Source: Psychrobacter sp. DM4
GTDB taxonomy: Bacteria; Pseudomonadota; Gammaproteobacteria; Pseudomonadales; Moraxellaceae
Reading direction: 5' to 3'
DNA: 32,000 nt
NCBI RefSeq assembly: GCF_051307035.1
Contig: NZ_CP195536.1
Span: 2,460,001-2,492,000, forward strand
The notes below the pieces were generated by a model. It had not been told where the DNA came from and did not search any database. It saw only the letters and a list, made by a program, of their open reading frames with translations. The position numbers and the translations under genes were made by a program. Below are positions 9,964-19,851 of the stretch, piece by piece. Within the stretch, counting starts at the first letter, position 1; each line of letters starts with the position of its first letter.

Positions 9964-9992
9964 ATTATAAAGACTTGTTACTGTTATTTCAA
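9964..9992 (-). promoter_or_regulatory. Near-consensus sigma70 promoter of the str operon (rpsL)
   Basis: Minus strand reads TTGAAA (9987-9992), a 17-nt spacer, then TATAAT (9964-9969). It lies about 100 nt upstream of the rpsL ATG. Confidence 0.7.
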
Positions 9993-10204
9993 CTACTTAT
10001 AAAAGGGCTAACTTTTCGCTATAACATGAGCGTGAATCATTTAATAAAACATTTGAGAAACTCATACTAGCCTATCAAAAAAATATCATCTGGAACTGTC
10101 TATATATCGCATTAGCCAGTAATGTCTTTGGGAATAAGTAAATGGCGCTATTGCTTAATTTTTCAAGAGCTTATTCTCGCCCAGTTCGCCACTTATATGA
10201 AAGA

Positions 10205-11335
10205 CTATTTGCTACTAGCGGCTTTTTCGCTATTCGTTACTTTTTCTTGTTTATCGCTACTATTACCTTGCTTGTCATCTGTATCAGACTTACTGTCAGC
10301 TGTAGATGATTTATTTTTGCTATCGCTTTGTGTATCATCTGCTTTGTCATCACTACCAGAATCAGCGCCCACTTTAGCTTCACTAGCGCTATCATCAGTA
10401 ATGGCAGGACTAGCAAGTTTAGGCTCTGGACCAAAAGTCGCTTTGGCAACGCCAATGACTTCATCTATCAAGCGGCTGTTGTAGCTCATACCGATAGCCA
10501 CTGCGGTTACAGGTAAGAAGCGACGTAACCAAGTTAAATTCACTTTATCAAGATCAATACCAACTTGGCTGGCGATACTATCCACTTGTTCAGCATAGTA
10601 ATTGACGTTTTTATTCTTAAGACCTAGATTTTTAAGTTCGCTATGTAGACCACTACTCTGAGCATTATCGAGTAGTCCTTTGCCCACGCCTAGACCTGCC
10701 AGCAATGCTTGTTTTTCTTGCATTTTGCTCAAATCAGCACTTGAGAGTAGCTCATAGGCCATTTTGATGCCTTGTTTACCCGTCAATGGCTTATTGTATA
10801 CCGCCGCTAACTGATAGACCGTACGCAGTGACACGAGCAATAACCAAAGCGTATCAGCGAGCAGCCCCGGTAATCCTGCGAGACCTGTAATACCGCCCAA
10901 AGTGGCTAAAGCGCGGTTTTGATTGGCAATATCAGTTGCTAATGCATAACGCTGCTCGTCATCTAAATCGGTAATATCAGCAAAACGATGCTCATTAGGT
11001 AGATCAATCTGGCTCCAGCTGCTAGCAAGTTTGGCCACTTGTGCAAAAGCACCATCTACTGTGTTTTGGAATAGACTATTTGGCACGACCTTTTTGGCAT
11101 ACTTGCCATAAGTGGCAAAGCGCGTGCCTATGAGCTCCTGAGTCGCTTTGAGCGTCTGCTCACGAAAAAGATCTTGCTGATAGTCCTCGTCACCCAAGTT
11201 CACCGCTTTGTATTGGCGCGGCTTACCTGCCTTGGCATTGACGCCATCAATGAGTGATCCTACACGCTCAAGGTTGTTACGCGTGAAATGACCAACTAAG
11301 CTAATGCCTTTGCTCAACGTGTTCTGCTTTGCCAT
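10205..11335 (-). CDS. EcsC-family-like protein with a long acidic Ser/Asp/Lys-rich C-terminal tail (function unknown)
   Basis: 376 aa. The central region ...ALATLGGITGLAGLPGLLADTLWLLLVSLRTVYQLAAVYNKPL... resembles the glycine-rich/hydrophobic core I associate with the EcsC family (Pfam PF12787, from memory). The last ~75 aa are low-complexity (DSGSDDKADDTQSDSKNKSSTADSKSDTDDKQ...). Confidence 0.5.
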   Translation of the reverse strand: MAKQNTLSKGISLVGHFTRNNLERVGSLIDGVNAKAGKPRQYKAVNLGDEDYQQDLFREQTLKATQELIGTRFATYGKYAKKVVPNSLFQNTVDGAFAQVAKLASSWSQIDLPNEHRFADITDLDDEQRYALATDIANQNRALATLGGITGLAGLPGLLADTLWLLLVSLRTVYQLAAVYNKPLTGKQGIKMAYELLSSADLSKMQEKQALLAGLGVGKGLLDNAQSSGLHSELKNLGLKNKNVNYYAEQVDSIASQVGIDLDKVNLTWLRRFLPVTAVAIGMSYNSRLIDEVIGVAKATFGPEPKLASPAITDDSASEAKVGADSGSDDKADDTQSDSKNKSSTADSKSDTDDKQGNSSDKQEKVTNSEKAASSK

Positions 11336-11544
11336 AGTGCTATCCTCAATGAAGTAGTAGTGAAATATCGTTATTGTAAAAGAACCTTAAATGCGTCGGA
11401 TTATTGTCTCTAGCTATTTTGGTAACTTTATTTAGCCTGCTAGTTTACGCAAATTATTTGTGATTTGTCAGTGCGAACAATGTTATTACTCACATAAATT
11501 TTGTATCAAAAACTTGACTGACCCCAAATAGCCATAAAGGGTAC

Positions 11545-11589
11545 TAGTAGCATTATGGCAAAGGCGGTACTTGTGCCATAATGCTACTA
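11545..11589. repeat. Perfect 16-bp inverted repeat upstream of fabB
   Basis: tagtagcattatggca (11545-11560) and tgccataatgctacta (11574-11589) are exact reverse complements separated by 13 nt. A third, imperfect half-site gccataaagggtacta lies at 11531-11546. Confidence 0.9.
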
Positions 11590-11640
11590 ATAGAGGTATT
11601 AAATTTATGTGTCATTCATCGCTATCATAAGGAGTAGAAT

Positions 11641-12876
11641 ATGCGCCGAGTGGTTATCACAGGAGCAGGGATCGTCTCTTGTATTGGACATGACTTGACT
11701 ACCGTTACTACTGCTCTAAAACAAGGGCAGTCTGGCATTACGTTCAATGAGTCCTACGCTGAACACGGTTTTAAATCGCAAATAAGTGGCAGTATTAATA
11801 AAGACGAGCTAGACACAACAAGCATCGATCGTAAGCTCAAACGTTTTTTTAGTGACGCAAGTCTTTATGCCTATGTCAGTGCGTTAAATGCCATTGAGCA
11901 TGCAGGCTTGTCTCTTGATACTATCAATAATAATCCACGAGTGGCACTAATCGCAAGCTCAGGTGGCGCCTCAACAGAAAATATCGTCAATGCGGTAGAT
12001 GCTATGCGCGATAAAGGTCTACGCGGCGTCGGCGCTATGGCAGTACCCAAAACTATGGGCAGCTCGGTGTCAGCCGCGCTAGCAACGGGTCTCAAAATTC
12101 AAGGCGTCTCCTACTCGCTTGCCTCCGCTTGTGCAACCTCTACTCATTGTATCGGGCACGCCGCTGAGCTCATCCAATTAGGCAAAGCTGATGTGGTGCT
12201 CGCTGGTGGCAGTGAAGCTGAGCACTGGACGCAGTCTTGTATGTTCGATGCGATGGGCGCGGTCAGCACCCAGTACAATGACACGCCGACGCAGGCCTCA
12301 AGAGCTTATGACAAAGACCGTGACGGCTTTGTGATTGCGGCAGGCGGCGCTATGGTCGTGGTTGAGAGCTTGGAGCATGCCAAGGCGCGCGGCGCTAACA
12401 TCTTAGCTGAGATCGTCGGCTATGGTGCCAGCTCAGATGGCGCAGAAATGGTCGCCCCAAGCGGTGAAGGTGCAGTACGTTGTATGACACAGGCGCTAGC
12501 CGAAGCAGGGCTTGAAAGCGTCGATTATATCAATAGCCACGGTACTAGTACGCCACTGGGTGATATAACTGAGCTTAACGCCATTGCCAAAGTGTTCGGT
12601 GATGATGTGAGTCAAGTCCCTGCTATTAGCTCTACTAAATCCATGACGGGTCATAGTTTAGGTGCGGTAGGTGCGCAAGAGCTCATTTACTGTTTGCTGA
12701 TGCTAAAAGATAGCTTTATTGCGCCTAGCATCAATGTGGCGCACTTAGACCCTGCGGCTGAAGGTTTCGATATCGTCACTCAAAAGCGTGATGTTGACCT
12801 GAACACTTTGATGAGCAATAGTTTTGGTTTTGGTGGTACGAACGCAACTTTAATCATTAAGAAATTTACGGTTTAA
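11641..12876 (+). CDS. fabB: 3-oxoacyl-ACP synthase I (KAS I)
   Basis: 411 aa. [16 protein letters not shown]..., the active-site Cys in [16 protein letters not shown] and the His motifs NSHGTSTP and TGHSLGA closely parallel E. coli FabB. A good SD (AAGGAG) precedes the ATG. Confidence 0.88.
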   Translation: MRRVVITGAGIVSCIGHDLTTVTTALKQGQSGITFNESYAEHGFKSQISGSINKDELDTTSIDRKLKRFFSDASLYAYVSALNAIEHAGLSLDTINNNPRVALIASSGGASTENIVNAVDAMRDKGLRGVGAMAVPKTMGSSVSAALATGLKIQGVSYSLASACATSTHCIGHAAELIQLGKADVVLAGGSEAEHWTQSCMFDAMGAVSTQYNDTPTQASRAYDKDRDGFVIAAGGAMVVVESLEHAKARGANILAEIVGYGASSDGAEMVAPSGEGAVRCMTQALAEAGLESVDYINSHGTSTPLGDITELNAIAKVFGDDVSQVPAISSTKSMTGHSLGAVGAQELIYCLLMLKDSFIAPSINVAHLDPAAEGFDIVTQKRDVDLNTLMSNSFGFGGTNATLIIKKFTV

Positions 12877-12886
12877 TCGATACTCC

Positions 12887-14524
12887 ATGACCTCATCATC
12901 ACAACCCACGCCCCTCTCCTCGCCAGCTATTCAAAGTAATAGCTGGCGTTTTGGTGATTTAGCTGCTGCTGATTTGCTACCTTTGTTACAGCAGCATCTA
13001 CTCCTTCAGGATGCCGATGCCAATTGGCAATTGGTTTGGCTCAATAACAATGAACAGCCCGTTATAGGCCTACTACCCAAAGTCAGTTGGCAAGTTCATG
13101 CCAATAAGCCTTGCGCTAAAAAAGAGGATGATCAAAGTAAGACTTACCAAGTCGTCAGACACTATCGTGGTGCTTGCACAAGTAACGATGCAACTGTAAG
13201 AAGCAACGTGAGTTATCACGCTTGGCAGGATGAGCTGATTGCTTATAGTAACGATTATGAGAATAGTGATACAGATCTAGAACTAATAGAGAATAATGAT
13301 AAGTCGTATAGTTATAGCCACGGACTCATAGGCTTTATTGGCTATGATATCGCCGCGCATAGTTTAAGCCCAGCAGCTGGTATAGAACAAGCAGCACAGC
13401 CTTGCGCCGTGTTTGGACATTATGATATTTATTTGAGCGCTGAGCGCTCGATTGTTGATGAAAACCAGAAGCAGTGGACGCTACAGATTAATAGTTTTGA
13501 AAATGAGGTTTTGCTTGATAAGCTGGTTGATTATTTGACACTACTAGACGTTAAGTTGTCTACAGAAAATAGTCGCAGATCTCTGACGCCTTTAAGACTG
13601 CAAGCCAAATGGCAAAGGAGTGACTATCAACAAGCCTTTAAACAAACTCAACATTATCTACATCACGGCGACTGCTATCAAATCAATCTGACTCAGAGAT
13701 GGCAAGGTCAGGTTGATACTAATACTAATACTGGCACTGGCACTGGCACTGATAATAAATCAGCGACGCCGCTTCTCGACTACTTGCCGGTCTTGCACCA
13801 CAATACACAAACACCCTTTGCTGGATATATGAGTATTAGTCGCACATCCAAGAATGAAGACTTGGATGCTCATTTTGAGCTGTTGAGCTGCTCACCTGAG
13901 TTGTTTTTTACCTTTATAAGAGACAGCAAAAACGACACGTACCATATTCGCACGAAACCTATTAAAGGTACTATACCGCGCGGTGCAAACGTTAATCAAG
14001 ATGAAGCGTTTAAGCAGCAGCTTATTAACAGTGATAAAGATCGTAGCGAAAACGTGATGATCGTGGACCTACTGCGCAATGACTTAGGTAAATATGCAAG
14101 GACAGGTAGTGTCAAAGTGCCACAATTATTCGATATCGAAAGCTTTAGCAATGTGCATCATATGGTTAGCACCATCACCGCTGAGCTCAAACCTGATACG
14201 CATCCGTTAAGCGTACTTTTTGGTAGTTTGCCCGCAGGCTCAATTACAGGTACACCCAAAAAACGTGCGGTTGAAATCATCTCTGAGTTAGAAAACGCGC
14301 CGCGCGGTGCCTATTGCGGCACCATGGGCTACATGAATTTTGATGGTAGTGGTCAATGGAATGTACTGATTCGCACACTACAAGCCGTCACTTTAAAAAA
14401 CAATAGTACTCAAGTAAGCTTGTGGGCAGGTGGCGGAATTACAGTGGTCTCTGACTGCGCTTCTGAGTATCAAGAGTGCCTTGATAAAGTTGGTAATTTG
14501 CTTGCTGTATTGGCTCAAGATTAA
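12887..14524 (+). CDS. pabB: Aminodeoxychorismate synthase component I (expanded, 545 aa)
   Basis: Chorismate-binding enzyme motifs align with E. coli PabB: HGDCYQINLTQRW, TKPIKGTIPRG, ENVMIVDLLRNDLG, GSITGTPKKRAVEII, GGGITVVSD. It is about 90 aa longer because of N-terminal and internal insertions. TrpE/PabB discrimination was done by eye only. Confidence 0.8.
   Translation: MTSSSQPTPLSSPAIQSNSWRFGDLAAADLLPLLQQHLLLQDADANWQLVWLNNNEQPVIGLLPKVSWQVHANKPCAKKEDDQSKTYQVVRHYRGACTSNDATVRSNVSYHAWQDELIAYSNDYENSDTDLELIENNDKSYSYSHGLIGFIGYDIAAHSLSPAAGIEQAAQPCAVFGHYDIYLSAERSIVDENQKQWTLQINSFENEVLLDKLVDYLTLLDVKLSTENSRRSLTPLRLQAKWQRSDYQQAFKQTQHYLHHGDCYQINLTQRWQGQVDTNTNTGTGTGTDNKSATPLLDYLPVLHHNTQTPFAGYMSISRTSKNEDLDAHFELLSCSPELFFTFIRDSKNDTYHIRTKPIKGTIPRGANVNQDEAFKQQLINSDKDRSENVMIVDLLRNDLGKYARTGSVKVPQLFDIESFSNVHHMVSTITAELKPDTHPLSVLFGSLPAGSITGTPKKRAVEIISELENAPRGAYCGTMGYMNFDGSGQWNVLIRTLQAVTLKNNSTQVSLWAGGGITVVSDCASEYQECLDKVGNLLAVLAQD
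13718..13750 (+). repeat. In-frame hexanucleotide microsatellite inside pabB
   Basis: (ACTAAT)x2 followed by (ACTGGC)x3 plus ACT, translated as TNTNTGTGTGT. Confidence 0.9.
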
Positions 14525-14549
14525 AATTTTGCGGCAAGCTCTTGAAGTA

Positions 14550-15683
14550 TTAAGAAGAGATCGCGTCTTGGCTTTTATCCAGCTCATTATGTAATACTTT
14601 TAGAGCGTCAATTAGGCGTTTATGCTGATCAGGCGTACCGACCGTAATGCGCAAGTACTCATTGATACGCGCCTTGTCAAAATGACGCACAACGATGCCC
14701 TGCTCACGTAGTTGACGGGCGATTTCATCAGCATTACCCAGTGGCGGACGCACAAAAACGAAGTTAGCTTGTGACGGCAGCACATTGTAATCAAGGGCGG
14801 TTAACTCTGCGGTGAGTGATTCACGCAACTCAATAATCCGCTGACAGCTCTGCTCAAAATAAGCACGATCTAAAACGCTCGCTCTTGCCCCAACTTGTGC
14901 CAGCTTATCTAGTGGATAGCTATTAAAGCTGTTTTTCATACGAGTCAAGGCTTCGATAAGTGAGGCATTACCAAAGGCCATACCAACACGTAATCCAGCG
15001 AGCGAGCGCGACTTTGAGAAGGTTTGCGTTACTAGCAGATTATCAAAGTCGTTAATCAAGCTCACAGCTGAAACCGTAGCGCCATCAGTTTGTGCAAAAT
15101 CTATGTAGGCTTCGTCGATGACAATCACAGCATTAGAGTGCTCATGAGCGAGCTTGCTGATATCAGCTAATGATAGTAACAAGCCTGTTGGCGCGTTAGG
15201 ATTAGCGATGATAATACCGCTACAGGGTTGACGATAAGCATCGGGGTCAATACTAAAATCAGACTCTAACGCAATCTGTATCAGCTCCACGCCAAAGGTC
15301 TGTGCGTATACCGGATAAAAACTGTAACTAATATCGGGGGCCAATATGGGACGCTCTTTCATAAAAAAACTGGCAAACACTAAGGCTAATACTTCATCCG
15401 AGCCATTACCTACGAATACCTGATCACTATTCAGATGGTAGTGCTGTGCCAATGTCGCTCGCAAATCCTCAGATTCAGGATCAGGATAAAGGCGCAAATT
15501 ATCAGCCTGCTGCGCGAGCATTTGCGTAATTGCTTCGCCGACTTTTGGTGAAGGTGGAAACGGATTTTCATTGGTATTTAGTTTGCACAAATTGTCATGC
15601 TGAGGCTGCTCACCGGGCACATAAGGTGATAGGTTACGTGCCTTGGCAGACCACAACCTGTTGTCTATTCTTTGCTCGCTCAT
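14550..15683 (-). CDS. hisC: Histidinol-phosphate aminotransferase
   Basis: 377 aa class-II aminotransferase with a PLP-lysine context (TFSKSRSLAGLRVG) and an N-terminal ...LNTNENPFPP... motif. Adjacent to hisD and hisG. Confidence 0.92.
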   Translation of the reverse strand: MSEQRIDNRLWSAKARNLSPYVPGEQPQHDNLCKLNTNENPFPPSPKVGEAITQMLAQQADNLRLYPDPESEDLRATLAQHYHLNSDQVFVGNGSDEVLALVFASFFMKERPILAPDISYSFYPVYAQTFGVELIQIALESDFSIDPDAYRQPCSGIIIANPNAPTGLLLSLADISKLAHEHSNAVIVIDEAYIDFAQTDGATVSAVSLINDFDNLLVTQTFSKSRSLAGLRVGMAFGNASLIEALTRMKNSFNSYPLDKLAQVGARASVLDRAYFEQSCQRIIELRESLTAELTALDYNVLPSQANFVFVRPPLGNADEIARQLREQGIVVRHFDKARINEYLRITVGTPDQHKRLIDALKVLHNELDKSQDAISS

Positions 15684-15799
15684 AATTTATCCTGATGCTA
15701 GTCAATGACTATTTATCGTAATATTCTTGACGTTTGGGTGTCAACATCATAGTTAAGTACTACTATTTTATGGTGCTTTATTTCTGCTTTTTTGTCCAT

Positions 15800-15831
15800 T
15801 TATTCAGCGTTGGTTATTCAGCATTGGTATT
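15800..15831. repeat. 14-bp tandem duplication in the hisD-hisC spacer
   Basis: ttattcagcgttgg (15800-15813) and ttattcagcattgg (15814-15827) match at 13 of 14 positions, followed by a partial tatt. Confidence 0.85.
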
Positions 15832-15837
15832 AACTAA

Positions 15838-17133
15838 TCACTGATACCGATAACGCGCTGATCTGGCGTGTGCTTCTAGATCTTCGTGCTGCGCTAGGAC
15901 ATCTGCGGTTCTAGCCAGCGACTGACTACCGCTTTGGGTACAGTAAATGAGTGAGGATTTCTTTTGAAAATCATAAACGCCAAGTGGTGATGAAAACCTC
16001 GCCGTGCCTGAGGTTGGCAACACGTGGTTGGGACCTGCGCAGTAGTCACCGATCGCCTCTGGCGTGTAGCGACCCATAAAGATAGCACCCGCATGACGGA
16101 TGTCCTCAAGCAAAGCCTCAGGCTCATCAATGGATAATTCTAAATGCTCAGGCGCAATACGGTTGATTAAAGCCATGCCCTCTTGTCTATCTTTTACTAG
16201 TATTAGCGCGCCGCGGTTCTCTAAAGAGTCGCGTGCGATATCCGCTTTTGGTAATTGAGCCAGTGCCTTTTCAATCTCTACTGCTACTTCTTTGAGCTGT
16301 GATGCACTCGTAGTCACAAAGATCGCTTGCGCGATACGGTCATGCTCAGCTTGTGAGAGTAGATCCATGGCCAGCCAGTCAGCGCGATCATTGGCTTCGC
16401 CTTCGGCATAAACCAAAACCTCAGAGGGACCTGCGATCATATCGATGCCCACTTTACCAAATACAGCACGTTTGGCAGCCGCTACGTACTTGTTACCTGG
16501 TCCTGTGATCTTATCAACCGCTGGAATCGTCTTAGTACCATAGGCAAGTGCCGCAACGGCTTGCGCGCCGCCAATAGTAAAGACGCGATCAACCTGTGCC
16601 AAATGCGCCGCTGCGAGCACCAAAGGATTGAGTACCCCTTTAGGCGCAGGCACGACCATAATAATCTCAGTGACGCCCGCGACTTTGGCAGGAATAGCAT
16701 TCATCAATACTGAGGAAGGATACGACGCCAAACCACCTGGCACATAAATACCAACGCGATCTAAAGGGGTGACTTTTTGACCCAAGCGGTTACCCAGCTC
16801 ATCCTCGTATTGCCAAGTCTCTTGCACTTGGCGCTTATGAAAGCTCTGAACGCGAGTCGCAGCTGTAATCAGGGCTTCTCGCACCTCGATATCAAGACCA
16901 TCAAAAGCTTCAGCTAACGACTCTTGCGACAATTCAAGCTCACTCATCGATACAGCGGGATGCTGATCAAACTTCTGTGTCAATGCTAGTACCACATCGT
17001 CGCCATCAGCACGAACTTGCGCAATAATGTCATCAACAGTACTTAGCAATTGAGCATCATTGACCGTTTCAAAAGCTAACAACTGCGTCAATTGACTATC
17101 AAAATCAGCATCTAAAGTGCTTAACTGGCGCAT
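15838..17133 (-). CDS. hisD: Histidinol dehydrogenase
   Basis: 431 aa with HisD-like motifs (...[12 protein letters not shown]..., ...SQAEHD..., ...[13 protein letters not shown]...). Confidence 0.95.
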   Translation of the reverse strand: MRQLSTLDADFDSQLTQLLAFETVNDAQLLSTVDDIIAQVRADGDDVVLALTQKFDQHPAVSMSELELSQESLAEAFDGLDIEVREALITAATRVQSFHKRQVQETWQYEDELGNRLGQKVTPLDRVGIYVPGGLASYPSSVLMNAIPAKVAGVTEIIMVVPAPKGVLNPLVLAAAHLAQVDRVFTIGGAQAVAALAYGTKTIPAVDKITGPGNKYVAAAKRAVFGKVGIDMIAGPSEVLVYAEGEANDRADWLAMDLLSQAEHDRIAQAIFVTTSASQLKEVAVEIEKALAQLPKADIARDSLENRGALILVKDRQEGMALINRIAPEHLELSIDEPEALLEDIRHAGAIFMGRYTPEAIGDYCAGPNHVLPTSGTARFSSPLGVYDFQKKSSLIYCTQSGSQSLARTADVLAQHEDLEAHARSARYRYQ

Positions 17134-17320
17134 AATTTGTCCTATATTTTATCTGTTTGACTAAAAATAATGAAAGCGGCCCAACCGTAGACACAACAAA
17201 ACCAGTTTAGCATGCCATATCCATTTTATAGCGCTCAACTGGTTTTATAATCTGTATAACTGTGTTTGATTTTATGATTATCAATAATACTAACCGCTCA
17301 CTTTTCATGCAAAAGGTGAG

Positions 17321-18016
17321 CTATGCCGTAGCAGCAATACTGTCTTTAAAGCTGTTTAAGATAGGCTCAAGCAAAGCAAATTTGCGCTTGTAACTGACTT
17401 GATTAACAATTAGGCGTGAGGACACATCGCAAATGTGATCACGGGGCTCAAGCCCATTGGCACGCAACGTATTACCCGTATCAACCACATCGACGATCAA
17501 ATCACCCAAACCCACTAGAGGCGCAAGCTCCATCGAACCATAAAGCTTAATCACATCCACTTGCTGACCTTGACTGGCAAAATAAGCGCGGGCAACATTG
17601 ACGTATTTGGTGGCAATGCGCAAACGCCGATTGGGCAGCGCGGCACCTTTAACACCTGCGGTCATCAGCTTACACTGAGCAATCTGTAGATCAAGCAGCT
17701 CGTACACATGATTGGCACCATGCTCAAGTAAGACATCTTTACCCGCTACGCCAAAATCTGCCGCACCATGCTCTACGTAGGTTGGTACGTCGCTTGCCCG
17801 CAAAATAAGCACGCGTACGTTGGGATTAGATGTCGGAAAAATAAGCTTTCGTGAAGCCTCTGGGTCTTCTAACAAATCAACGCCAGCCGCTTGTAGCAAT
17901 GGCATCGTCTCTTCTAGAATGCGACCTTTTGATAAAGCCAACGTTAAACCTGAAAACTCATCGTTTACTTCGTTCAACAAGCCATTATTTGAGTCGTGCT
18001 TGGTTGGTTCGGTCAT
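17321..18016 (-). CDS. hisG: ATP phosphoribosyltransferase, short form
   Basis: 231 aa with [13 protein letters not shown] and ...[18 protein letters not shown]... motifs. It lacks the C-terminal regulatory domain of long HisG, so it should need HisZ encoded elsewhere. About 20 aa of N-terminal extension; the start is not certain. Confidence 0.9.
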   Translation of the reverse strand: MTEPTKHDSNNGLLNEVNDEFSGLTLALSKGRILEETMPLLQAAGVDLLEDPEASRKLIFPTSNPNVRVLILRASDVPTYVEHGAADFGVAGKDVLLEHGANHVYELLDLQIAQCKLMTAGVKGAALPNRRLRIATKYVNVARAYFASQGQQVDVIKLYGSMELAPLVGLGDLIVDVVDTGNTLRANGLEPRDHICDVSSRLIVNQVSYKRKFALLEPILNSFKDSIAATA

Positions 18017-18098
18017 AATGACAGGGTGTCCATTTGCTATTTATATTCTGATTGAAATCGGTATTGATACTAATTTTATTAACATTGCCTGATAGCTA

Positions 18099-19379
<1,281 letters not shown>

Positions 19380-19491
19380 CTAACTATGCTTGCAAAAGAT
19401 GCCTGCAAATGAATAAAAAGACTAAAGATAGAGGTGTAATTGTTTCATCAAACCGCTTTGAGAAGTAGTCAAATATAAGTAAAGACAGTGA

Positions 19492-19743
19492 TTAGCCTTT
19501 GGACTGAATGTCCCATTCCGCAGGCGTAAGAGCTTGAATATTAAGCGCATGAATATCACCACTAGCAATTTTATCATTGACTAGAGCATAAACGGCTTGC
19601 TGACGTTGAACAGTACGCTTGCCCTCAAAGCTGGCGTCCACCACGCGAACATCAAACTTGTTGCCTTGATTGGCCGCTTGAATAAAAGCGTCTGGATAAT
19701 GCTGTTGTAAAAAGGCGATCAGATCGTCGGCGTTCATGCTCAT
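19492..19743 (-). CDS. ibaG: BolA-family protein IbaG/YrbA
   Basis: 83 aa, BolA-like (...RQQAVYALV...IHALNIQALTPAEW...). Located directly upstream of murA, as in many gammaproteobacteria. Confidence 0.85.
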   Translation of the reverse strand: MSMNADDLIAFLQQHYPDAFIQAANQGNKFDVRVVDASFEGKRTVQRQQAVYALVNDKIASGDIHALNIQALTPAEWDIQSKG

Positions 19744-19784
19744 AAATTAACCTGTTATTAGATATTTGAATAAATAGTGGGCGT

Positions 19785-19793
19785 ATTATAACA
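19785..19793 (-). promoter_or_regulatory. Candidate extended -10 element upstream of ibaG-murA
   Basis: Minus strand reads TGTTATAAT, about 42 nt upstream of the ibaG ATG. The -35 region is poor (CTGTAA). Confidence 0.35.
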
Positions 19794-19851
19794 AGAGTTC
19801 GACCATCTTACAGCATTGTCTCATTTACCCTTGTATTAAGACGAATCAAAG

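Noticed and set aside
10122-10484. 120-aa hydrophobic-looking plus-strand ORF, plus 10237-10464 and 10328-10516, overlapping the 3' end of the EcsC-like gene.
   Set aside because: It is antisense or out of frame to a Ser/Asp/Lys-rich low-complexity tail. The complement of GAT/AGC/AAA-type codons yields Ile/Ala/Leu/Phe-rich pseudo-hydrophobic peptides. There is no SD.
11607-11630. 7-codon uORF (MCHSSLS) ending at the fabB SD.
   Set aside because: It has no SD of its own, no codon pattern suggesting attenuation, and is too short to separate from chance.
17820-18092. 90-aa plus-strand ORF spanning the hisG 5' end and the murA-hisG spacer. Similar antisense ORFs occur inside murA, hisD, hisC, metY, nfuA, the kinase gene, nadM, nadV and the SGNH gene.
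   Set aside because: All overlap well-supported conserved genes on the opposite strand or in another frame. They lack SD sequences and have no recognisable domains.
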